Shown here piece by piece: positions 12,501 through 41,399 of a stretch of 64,000 nt of DNA. Both the position numbers and the translations under genes were made by a program. Each line of letters starts with the position of its first letter. The first letter of the stretch is position 1. Source of the DNA: Hypanus sabinus (taxonomy: Eukaryota); contig NC_082719.1 of the NCBI RefSeq assembly GCF_030144855.1, positions 69,564,001-69,628,000 on the forward strand. The letters are read 5' to 3'. Below the pieces are notes generated by a model. That model saw nothing but the letters and a program-made list of their open reading frames with translations, searched no databases and was not told where the DNA came from.

Positions 12501-15175
12501 TCACTCTAGTCTAGTCCAGATGAAGGGATTTGACCAGAAATGTTGACTGTCAATTTCCCTCAGCTGCAGATGCTCCCTGACCTGTAAGGTTCCTCCAGCA
12601 TTTTGTGTGTCGCTCCATTTTCCAGCTTCTGCAACCTCTTGTGTTGTGATTGCTTGTGATGAAGTAAGACAGATTTTCAAAGGAACTGACCACAATGTTC
12701 CAGGGAAAGACAGCCCCTGCCCAATGGTCAGTGAGTGTGGTTTTGGTTTGCATGAAGTCTAAGATACTAACAATAATTTTCTGGAAGAGGCAAGAAGACT
12801 GTAGAAAAATGAAATATAGGTGTCGGTGATCCAAAGGTGTGATAGAAGAATTAAGAATAAATTCCTCACTACTTGGATTCAGAAACCAGTTAGTGAAATT
12901 GGTACAACACACACAAAATGCTGGTGGAACGTAACAGGCCAGGCAGGATCTATAAGGAGAAGCACTGTCGGCGTTTCAGGCCGAGACCCTTCATCAGGAC
13001 TAACTGAAAGGAAAGATAATACGAGATCTGAAATTAGTGGGGGGAGGGGGAAATGCAAAATGATAGGAGAAGACTGGCGGGGATGGGATGAAGCCGAGAG
13101 CTGGAAAGGTGATTGGCGAAAGTGATACAGAGCTGGAGAAGGGAAAGGATCATGGGACGCGAGGCCTCGGGAGAAAGAAAGGGGAGTGGGGGGCACCAGA
13201 GGGAGATGGAGAACAGGCAGAGTGATGGGCAGAGAGAGAGAGAGAGAAAAAACAAATAACTAAATATGTCAGGGATGGGGTAAGAAGGGGAGGAGGGGCA
13301 ATAACGGAAGTTAGAGATGTCAATGTTCATGCCATCAGGTTGGAGGCTACCTAGCCGGTATATAAGGTGTTGTTCCTCCAACCTGAGTGTGGCTTCATCT
13401 TGATAGTAGAGGAAGCAATGGATAGACATATCAGAATGGGAATGGGACGTGGAATTAAAATGTGTGGCCACTGGGAGATCCTGCTTTCTCTGGCGGACTG
13501 AGCGTAGGTGTTCAGTGAAACGGCCTCTCAGTCTGCGTCGGATCTCACCAATATATAAAAGGCCACACCGGGAGCACCGGACACAGTATACCACACCAGC
13601 CAACTCACAGGTGAAGTGTCGCCTCACCTGGAAGGACTGTCTGGGGCCCTGAATGGTGGTGAGGGAGGAAGTGTAAGGGCAGGTGTAGCACTTGTTCCGT
13701 TTACAAGGATAAGTGCCAGGAGGGAGATCGGTGGGAAGGGATGGGGGGGACGAGTGGACAAGGGAGTCGCGTAGGGAGCGATCCCTGCGGAAAGCAGAAG
13801 GGGGGTGAGGGAGGGAAAAATGTACTTGGTAGTGGGATCCCGTTGGAAATTGGTGTTTCCTCAGCATGCTAGCTCCTCTTATTGTAGTGTGTCAGAAGAG
13901 ATGTTAGCTGCTCTAATTATATAAGAGATGTAGATTAACTATGTAAATGCTGGAGCCGATTAGAAAACTGAGAAATGCCAAGAAAGGATGGTCTGATAGA
14001 AGATGGTACACACCCACACATCATCAAAGACCGTGGGAAACTAACAAATTACATTGAGTGAAAAAGGAAATGTAAATTATTAAGATATATTGTCGTATAC
14101 TATAATTATAACTTACAGATTGCAGTGTGCTGCAGTCAGAATCCAAGATGGCTTTATTAACACTCCTCCACACATATGCTGTCCTTTCATCTGGATTGAT
14201 GCCATGTATGGTTTGGAATGATTTCTCACTTTTTTGCCCCCAATGATTTCTGAGCAATCACCTTTTAAAGCAAACAGAGGTTAATGCCTGTGAGGAAAGG
14301 CTCAAAGACAGAGAGGATAGTAACAGAGACGACATGCTTGATGCTGAGTCTAACAGCTCCCTACAGTTGCTATCAGAACATGTTGCTATTACCTGCACCT
14401 CCCTCTAGCCTCAATGTCGGCTGTGAGAGGGTGTAAAGGAGCAGTTAATTAATCACTGACATGGCCCCCAGGGAGGGAGAAATATGATAGTGGTGAAGGT
14501 TAATGACTTGAGGAAAATTATTTTGAGGTTAGTAGTTCCCCCTCCTCTTGGCACCAATGGGAGACAGATACCAGCATTTCCCAGCCTGAGCCTTTCCTGT
14601 CCTGAAGTCACTTTCCACAGATAGTCTCATGGAGAACTTGTCTGTTCCCAGGCTTCAGTCCAATGTTCCAGGTAGACACTGATGACAATCAGTGAAAATG
14701 TGGAATCAGAGAAATTATATAATGGGTAGCAAATTCAATATTGCTTGTTTAATACCTTCTCCAAATTTCAAATTATACCCAAGAGAATTACATCTGTCTG
14801 TCAGTTGTTCATTACTCCTCAAGGAAATAAAACTCTCTTGTTGCATCTTAGCAAGTAGATTTACAGGAACTTTAACACTGAGTCACATTTACCTCATAAA
14901 TTCCATTAAGTTTGTTATTTGTGCTAAAACATGTGTTTAAACGAGAAACAAAACTGCAAGGAAATAAATATTGGCATAAATATGACTGAAAAATATGTAT
15001 CAGACATTGAAAATATGAGGCTAATTATTGTAAACAATATTCAATATATACATCAGCAACTAAACATCAATAACATAAATCCTAATATAAAGTTTAATTA
15101 TTCCTTAATTTACTTACTGGCTGGGCTGAAGGAGACGGCAATCAAAACAAACAGACTGAGCTGCAAAAAGTTCAT
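6408..15175 (-). CDS. Granzyme A/K-like tryptase, gene 1 (259 aa; exons 15175-15118, 14261-14117, 11137-10987, 7317-7045, 6560-6408)
   Basis: Spliced [31 protein letters not shown]...LTAAHC...NDIMLLQL...[14 protein letters not shown]...KKPGVYTRI...LTD*. All introns are GT-AG with phases 1,2,0,0, as in granzymes. Asp189/Gly216/Gly226 give trypsin-like specificity. The PHECF Cys matches the GZMA dimer Cys. A versus K orthology is not resolvable by eye. Confidence 0.93.
7045..7317 (-). CDS. Gene 1 exon 4 (CTVAGWG...MLCAG...RDACF)
   Basis: Within ORF 6997..7374; ctacag acceptor and GTAAGT donor. Confidence 0.95.
7740..9170 (-). mobile_element. Penelope-like element, degenerate (RT C-terminus, GIY-YIG and hammerhead-like end)
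   Basis: GVAMGTRM motif near 9080; [12 protein letters not shown] in ORF 7867..8301; absent from the gene 2 intron. Confidence 0.85.
10200..10840 (+). mobile_element. I-clade (Nimb/Ingi-like) LINE fragment
   Basis: IRSVLDYE...LRLISGA..TTP...PLELRR; its continuation in the paralog carries RNase H. Confidence 0.55.
10987..11137 (-). CDS. Gene 1 exon 3 (catalytic Asp, NDIMLLQ)
   Basis: Within ORF 10975..11319; ttttatttag acceptor and GTAAGT donor. Confidence 0.95.
12410..12650. mobile_element. Penelope-derived fold-back short element
   Basis: Inverted arms ctggaggaact...ttcctccagca around a degenerate hammerhead core. Confidence 0.65.
12904..13845 (-). mobile_element. Young 5'-truncated Penelope-like element (GIY-YIG endonuclease) with 9-bp TSD
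   Basis: ORF 13034..13867 ([24 protein letters not shown]). GAAATTGGT is duplicated at 12895-12903 and 13846-13854; the empty site is at 31196-31204. Confidence 0.92.
12965..13002 (-). ncRNA. Minimal type I hammerhead ribozyme motif (U16.1>C variant)
   Basis: GTC-CTGATGA-AGGGTCTCGGCCT-GAAA-CG-CC-GAC on the minus strand, at the Penelope terminus. Confidence 0.6.
14117..14261 (-). CDS. Gene 1 exon 2 (DCSEIIGG...LTAAHCN; catalytic His)
   Basis: AG acceptor, [37 protein letters not shown] donor. Confidence 0.95.
15118..15175 (-). CDS. Gene 1 exon 1 (signal peptide [19 protein letters not shown])
   Basis: Hydrophobic ORF ending in a phase-1 GTAAGT donor; TATAAA lies 40 nt upstream; in frame with exon 2. 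Confidence 0.85.
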
Positions 15176-15210
15176 TATGGCTGTTCTCGAGCTCATTGTC
15201 AAATTTTCAG

Positions 15211-15260
15211 GTAATTTATATTAAACTCAAAGGGATGTGGTTTCTTCACTTTGATGTCAT
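15211..15260 (-). promoter_or_regulatory. Gene 1 proximal promoter (TATAAA, RUNX site, CRE-like site)
   Basis: TATAAA at 15220-15215 (-); TGTGGTTT at 15236-15243; TGATGTCA at 15252-15259. Confidence 0.65.
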
Positions 15261-15899
15261 TGTTACAAAGATCAAAACATGTTAACACCTATAATGTGAC
15301 ACTAAAAACCAGAACAAACAGACTGAGGAACCCAGAGCTGTGGCCTCCATCACACCACTCCCACAGAACAATGACAAACTGTGAGCACACACAGGGACTC
15401 AAATACTTGCACTAACGGCACTTTGTGCATTACTGTGATATTCTGGTGCTGCTGCAACTTATTTTTTGCTACTTATCTATTTAATACTTTTTTTTTATTA
15501 CTGTCTTGTTTTTATCTACTGCTTTATTTAATTGCCTGAGAGGAAGCTAAACAGAGTTTCATTGTACCTATGTATAATGACAATAAAGATCATTCAAGAT
15601 GCTGCCTGGCCTGCTGAGGTCCTCCAGCATTTTGTGGGTGTGGGGATACCTATTCCGTTATGAAAAGCCACACAACAGGGTCAATACTAACCAGAAAACT
15701 ATAACTATTAGCTTGAGACTTGTTTAAAACTTTGAACTCTATCACTTAATATGTTGTTTGAAGTGGCATAGTTATATTTCTCACATTGCATCAGTTATTC
15801 CACATTGAGTATTGGTGGCAAATAAATAGTGTGTAGGTCATCAGGTATTCCGACATACAGGATCTGCTCCAAATCACACAACATCTTGATTTGGAAATA

Positions 15900-16086
15900 C
15901 GAGGAAATCTGCAGATGCTGGAAATTCAAACACACACAAAATGCTGGTGGAACACAGCAGGCCAGGCAGCATCTATAAGGAGAAGCACTGTCGATGTTTT
16001 GGGTCTCGGCCCGAAACGCCGACAGTGCTTCTCCTTATAGATGCTGCCTGGCCTGCTGTGTTCCACCAGCATTTTGTGTGTGTTGT
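15900..16086. mobile_element. Penelope-derived fold-back element with 14-bp TSD
   Basis: Near-perfect ~65-bp inverted arms; TSD ttgatttggaa(a/g)ta; empty site at about 76-89. Confidence 0.85.
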
Positions 16087-16584
16087 TTGATTTGGAAGTA
16101 TATCACTTCTACTTTTTCTTTCCTTGATCTGAATCCTAGAAATTACTCCTGCTTGAAATGCAGACTGCAGGATGCACAAAACCAAATCTTCAGTGTTCCT
16201 CCCTGTGTTTGCTAAGCCTGCAGCCAAGGAAAGACGGATTGAATGATAATGTCCTGCTAAAACATCATCAGCTGCAATTTAGTGAAAAACCTGCAGCGCA
16301 ACATAGAAGTGAAACTGTCTTAAGTTTCTTAACTGTCTTAAGTTGACGATGTGAGAATTCCTCCACATCTTCAACAAGCTGCAACTTCGGACTTCGGGTG
16401 ACTGGACCCCCGAGTAGGAACTAGACAATGAGAAAAAATGGCCTGATCACACTTGGGTATCACGGTAGCTATTTCAGCTTGGGGCATTGGATTTCAGTTC
16501 AGGTGTCCTCTGTAAGGCGTCTCTGTATGTGCTCCCTGTGGAACGCACTGGTTTTCCAGGGGTGCTCCAGTTTCTTTCCATAGT

Positions 16585-17125
16585 TTACAGTTCTGGTCAC
16601 CGAATTATAGGAAAGATATCAGCAAAATAGAGAGAGTACAGAGAAGATTTACTCGAATGTTAACTCGGTTTCAGCACCTAAGTTACAGGGAAAGGTTGAA
16701 CAAGTTAGGTCATTATTCTTTGGAGCGTAGAAGGTTGAGGGGGGACTTGATAGAGGTATTTAAAATTATGAAGGGGATAGATAGAGTTGATGCGGATAGG
16801 CTTTTTCCATTGAGAGTAGGGGAGATTCGAACAAGAGGACATGATTTGAAAGTTAGGGGGCAAAAGTTTAAGGGTAACACGAGGGGGAATTTCTTTACTT
16901 AGAGAGTGATAGCTGTGTGGAATTAGCTTCCAGTAGAAGGGGTAGAGGCAGGTTTGGTTTTGTCATTTAAAGTAAAATTGGATAGGTATATGGACAGGAA
17001 AGGAATGGAGGGTTATGGGCTGAGTGCGGGCCAGAGGGACTAGGTGAGAGTAAGCATTCGGCATAGACTAGAAGGGCCGAGATGGCCTGTTTCCGTGCTG
17101 TAATTGTTATATGGCTATACATGGT
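16585..17125 (+). mobile_element. CR1 LINE 3' end inserted in a V-SINE, copy-B specific
   Basis: ORF 16657..16902 (LSYRERLNKLGHYSLERRRLRGDLIEVFKI); (atggttat)-like tail. Confidence 0.88.
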
Positions 17126-17948
17126 TCAAAGATGTATTGAGTAGGTTAGTAGCTCGGTGATTAGGTTAGGGTTAAATCGGGGTTGTCGGGACCTGCTGGA
17201 TAGGTATGGTTTGAAGTGCCAGATGGGCCTTCTCCATGCTGTATCTCTAAATAAATAAATACATTTAAAAAATGGAGTTTATTCTCATTCTCATTTATTT
17301 CCATTCTGTGCGGGGCCAAGAATTTAATGACTTTGTTAATGAGTCAGTTGCCCATTCAGTTCTACCCACCTCAGCTGAGATTGTATAGAATATATTCAGA
17401 GTGACCTGCAACCGTCAGACCATAAATCAAAAACAACCCACAATTATATCTGATATAGAAATGTTAAGCCAAAGTATGCACAAAATGCATTTGAGGCTAG
17501 AGACGTAAAGCCAGTAAAAGACAAAAAGAGAAATAACGAAAATGCAAAAGAAGACAAACTGTGAAAATCCAAGAAAAACTAATAATAATAAAAAAATAAG
17601 CAAATAAATAATACGGAGAACATGGTTATAGAGTACTTAAAAGTGAGACTAGTGGTTGTAGTTCAGTATTGAAGTGAGTGAAGTTTTGAGCTTCATTGGT
17701 CCAGGCAATGATGCAACCAGTCGGGATACTCTCCATTGCGCATCTATTGAAGTTCGTCAAAGTTTTAGACGACATGCGGAATCTGCACAAACTTCTGAGA
17801 AAGTAGAGGCACGGCCATGTTTTCTTCGTAATGGCATGTATGTGCTGGTCCCTGAACAGATCCTTTAACATCACATACCTGCTGGTCCTGGGATAGGGAT
17901 AAACGTATGATGATCCTTTGCCACTGTCATGAACCATGCAGCTCACAC

Positions 17949-17962
17949 GAGAAACGGAAACT
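17949..17962 (-). promoter_or_regulatory. Consensus ISRE, copy 2 (about 2.8 kb upstream of gene 1)
   Basis: Identical motif to 2714-2727. Confidence 0.4.
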
Positions 17963-18974
17963 CAACACCCAACAGATCAACTGGCAATGTGTACCTGAGG
18001 CCAGTGCTCAATGTGACAGATTTAATTGGCCAATGGGGCCTTTCAGGGCATAGAAAATGTGGATGTTTGGATTACATAATTTTGAAGGAGTAGGCCATTC
18101 AGTCATTAATAAGGTCACAGCTGAATGTTTAGAGGGCTGACACTTCCTTACACAATCCCCATATTTTTCAACTCCCTAATATCCAAAAGCCTAGTACCTT
18201 ACTGCATCAGAGCCTGGTGTGGAGGCACAGCCCTCCACACCATCTAGGAGATCTTCAAAAGGCAGTTCCTCAAAAAGGCAGCATCTGCTACGAAGCACTC
18301 TGATCATCCAGGACATGCCCTCTTCTCGTTACTGCAATCATCAAGGAGGTACAAGAGCCCGTAGACCCACTCCCAACAATTTAGTAACAGATTCTTCCCC
18401 TCTGCTATCAGATTTCTGAACATTCCATGAACCCATCAACAATGCCTTGTCATTTTTTATGCACTCTATATTTATATTATAATTCATTGTAATGTTATGT
18501 CTTTGCTGTGCAGTGTTAATGCAAAACAACGTATTTCATGTCACACAAGATAGTGATAATAAACCTGATACTCATTTGTTTTGAATGTACTGAACCTTTG
18601 GGCGCCAACATTCCCCTTGGGTGGAAAATTCTAGAAAGTTGCAGTTCTCTGGTGAAAAACTTTCTCCTTGCAACTCTGTTGAGTAACATGATATTCACAG
18701 AACTAAACCAGTGATTCTTTCCTGTATTCTTTTTACTTCAAGGATAACCTTGGTAGAGAGAACAGACCTACACACAATATTCCCAAAGCTGTTTCTTGCA
18801 CTCAATCCTTTTGCAATAAAGACCAATTGCTAACTTTGTCAGTGATCTTTTTAAACACCTTCTTTCAATTGAAAATTATCTGCTGTTCTTTCCTTCTAAG
18901 CCATGTCCTTTCATCTTCCATATTATATTCCATCTGCCATATCCTTCTACATTCAATTAGCCTGAAGCGCACCA

Positions 18975-19180
18975 GCAACGCACAGATTTAACCCTATCTT
19001 AATCACGGGACAATTTACAATGACCAATTCAACTACTAACTGGTACATCTTTGGACTGTGGGAGGAAACCCACGTGCACACAGAAAGAACATATAAACTT
19101 TTGTACGGAAGGATGCTGGAATTGAACTCTGAACTACAATCATATTGTCCTAACCACCATTCTGCAGTGACACCCCACTA
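18975..19180 (-). mobile_element. V-SINE/HE1-like remnant
   Basis: acatctttggactgtgggaggaaacc; paralog at about 5395-5540. Confidence 0.55.
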
Positions 19181-19785
19181 ATATACAGCATCACACACAA
19201 AATGCTGGAGGAACTCAGCAGGCCAGGCAGCATCTATGGAAAAGAGTACAGTTGACGTTTTGAGCCTCCAGCATTGTGTGTGTGTTGCTTGCGTCAGCAG
19301 TTTTTCTCCTGTTTGTGATTGCATGCAGCGTCAATTCATGAGACACCCCACTAGTTATGATCTGTATCAGAAAAGGACCCCTTTATTCTCACTCTTATAT
19401 TTTTATCTGTTAATTAATTCATCTCAATATATAAGAACATAAGAAAATAGGAACAGGGGAATGCCACAAGCCTACAATCAATATAATCATAATGGACGTG
19501 TCACAGGCCTCATTCACCTTCTGCATCAACTCTCCAGTTGACCCTCTATCCCCTGATGATTCAAATAATAGTGCACACTGCCTCCTTAAATACTCCCAGT
19601 GATCCTGGCTCTACAACTCATCAGGATATCAGTGTTTTTTTTTGCTTTATTGTGCTCGCCAGCTCTTGTGATCTATCAATGTAAATCTCACACAGGTAAC
19701 ACTTACAAATCCCACAGAATTCTGATTCAGAGACATGCAAGTAAGTCAGCCAGTTTGATACGTTCATCCAATAGAGCACATAAGG

Positions 19786-19799
19786 TTTATTCATTTATT
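19786..19799 (-). terminator. Candidate polyadenylation signals, gene 2
   Basis: Two AATAAA hexamers about 190 nt after the stop. Confidence 0.5.
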
Positions 19800-19984
19800 G
19801 TAAGATTAATATAGCAAAAACATCATTTTCTGTCTTAAAAGTATGCACAATTTTTCCACATAGAGTAAAGTTATAGACTACGATGTCTATAAACTTAAAA
19901 TGTAAAGACTATTTCTAATTGGCAGAATAGCAGTGATCCACAAAAGACATCATCATGATTAAAGTTCAAGTTTTTTTGTAAGAA

Positions 19985-39017
<19,033 letters not shown>

Positions 39018-39055
39018 TGCAATCAGTTCTGAACAGTAAGCAGATGAAACTGTTA

Positions 39056-39095
39056 TCTATATATAATGAAAGCAACATAATAAGGATGTGGTTAT
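39056..39095 (-). promoter_or_regulatory. Gene 2 proximal promoter (TATA and RUNX site)
   Basis: TATATATA at 39058-39065; TGTGGTT at 39087-39093. Confidence 0.6.
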
Positions 39096-39824
39096 TCAGT
39101 TTGCTCATATATCACCTAATAATTCACAAGCGGCCACATGAGTTGTCAGAAAATTCACATGTGGTACATGGGTCCTGAGGAAAGGCGTTGAAAACAGAGA
39201 AGCTTTTAAGTGCCATCTAGAGTAGTTCAGGTGAATGGAAAAAGTGTTGTGGCTGAAAAGCTAACTGAAGGAGGAGAATAATGGGGTGGAGGACAGGCAC
39301 ATGAAGTGTTTAAGAGATGTGTTCCACATCATACTCATCTCAGAAACAAGGTGGGGTCAGACTATTTTATATTTAATATTTGTGAGAAGAGTTAATTAAT
39401 AACCTTATAGCTAGGGGACCTCCCGGGAGAAGGGATATTCTTTTATTTGAAGATTGAAGATGATTTTGATCAGTCTGAAATTAGAGTATTTAAACCAAAC
39501 GAACTATGATGGTAGCACACACAGACTGCTGGAGGAACTCAGCAGGCCAGGTAGCATCTGTGGAAAAGAGTACAATTGACATTTCAGGCACCTGAAGGGT
39601 CTCAGCCCAAAATATCGACTGTACTCTTTTCCATAGATGCTGCCTGGCCTGCAGAGTTTCTCCAGCATTCTGTGTGTGTTGCTTGGATTTCCAGCATCTG
39701 CCAATTTTCTCTTGTTTGAAATTAGGATGGTGTGAGATTCTGATAACAGAATGGGAAACTACACTGAAATATTTAGCAGTAAAGAAGCAGTGACTAATAT
39801 TTAAAAAATTATTGCAACAACAAA

Positions 39825-40380
39825 TACGTATGGTGGAGAGAGTGAGCAGTTTCAAGTTCCTAGGTGTCAAGATCTTCGAGTATCTAACCTGGTCCCAACA
39901 TATCGATGCAGTTATAAAGAAGGCAAGACAGTGACTATACTTCATTAAGAGTTTGAAGAAATTTGGTATGTCAACAAATATACTGAAAAATTTCTATAGA
40001 TATACCGTGGAGAGCACTCTGACAGGCTGCATTACTGTCAGGAACGGCAAGGAGTGGGGGTGAGGGCTACAGACAGCCATAAAATTATTCAGCTCCACCT
40101 TGGGTACTAGTGTCCATAATGTCCATGGCATCATCAAGGAGAGGTACCTCAGGAAAGTGACATCCATTTTTAAGGACCCCCCATCACCCAGGTTATGCCC
40201 TCTTCTCATTGTTACCATCAGGAAGGAAGGAGGAAGGACTAAAGCCTGAAGGCATATACGCGCTGATTCAGGAACAGTCTCTTCCTCTCTGCCATAAGAT
40301 TCCTAAATGGACATTGAACCCATGAACACTATTTCACTATTTTTAAATATATATTTCTGATCTTGCACTATTTTTTAATC
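39825..40380 (+). mobile_element. Rex1/Babar-like LINE 3' fragment
   Basis: VERVSSFKFLGV...WSQHID..IKKARQ.LYFIK.LKKFG read on the + strand. Confidence 0.7.
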
Positions 40381-40880
40381 AATTTATGAAAAAAATAGAG
40401 AAAGAATTAGCTGAACAATTAGTGTGGAATTAGCAGTTGGGTCAGATGCTTCTTCTCTTCCGGTCCTCATCCAGTCCCGATTAGAGTTTAACATCCAAAG
40501 GCAAACAATTGTTGCCCTTCAACCATCAGGCTCCTGAACCTGAGTAGCTAACTTAACTCATCTTAACACTGAACTGACTCCATCATCTATGGACTCACCT
40601 TCAGAGACTCTACAACTCATTTACTCAATACTTTTTATTTATTTGTTATTCTTATTTGTTTCATATTTGCAGTTCATCTTTTGCAAATCTTTGCTCTACT
40701 CTGAATCTCTGAATGAATCTCAAAATAGTATATGGTCACATATACATACTTAGATAATAAATTTATTTTGAACTTTGAAATTTGAATCAGCTCTCACGCC
40801 TTATTCATTTTAACTAGCTATTCAGCCCAAACAGCCTTAAATAGTGATGGGCCTGTACAACCTTCCACCTCAGTCACATA

Positions 40881-41399
40881 CAGGTTTCCCCCGCTATCCG
40901 AAAGTAGAGTGTTCCTATGGAACCATTCGTAAGCCAAAATGGCGTAAAGCGAAGAAGCAATTACCATTAATGTATATGGGAAAAATTTTTGAGTGTTCCC
41001 AGACCCAAAAAATAACCTACCAAATCATACCAAATAACACATAAAACTTAAAATAACACTAACAAATTATTAAAAGCAGGAATGATATGATAAATACACA
41101 GCCTATATAAAGTAGACGTAATGTATGTACAGTGTAGTTTCACTTAACAGAATTGGGAAAATATAGCCAGAAATGATCTGCAGAGAAAAATCAGCACGTC
41201 CACACATGCGCACACACCTGCCCGCGCACAGCTTCACAGTCATGGTAGACTTACTCGGGGTAAACACAAGTTTACAGCGGGCACCTTTTCTCGTAAAAGC
41301 AAAAATCCTCCGGGTTTCTTTTAGTTAGCAAAAGCAGGTTAGGTCTTTTGTAAAAGCGAAGTGGTGTAAAGACAACTTCTGTAAAGCAGGAGACACCTG
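40881..41399. mobile_element. Tigger/pogo-like MITE
   Basis: TA|caggtttcccccgct ... agcaggagacacctg|TA imperfect TIRs. Confidence 0.7.

Larger units (their letters stand above)
30..14335. repeat. Segmental duplication copy A
   Basis: Colinear with 15840-31665, e.g. caggatctgctccaaatcacacaacatcttgatttggaaata at both starts and gagaggatagtaacagaga at both ends. Confidence 0.9.

Noticed and set aside
12730-12800. Possible alternative or pseudo exon 2 (KIIV..., KPHS) in intron 2, also near 31035-31100
   Set aside because: Motifs are in different frames, with no IIGG or AAHC; the true exon 2 was found at 14117-14261.
15176-15196. Upstream in-frame ATG extending gene 1 by MSSRTAI
   Set aside because: Only about 19 nt from the TATA box, so probably at or upstream of the TSS; ATG 15175 is preferred but unproven.
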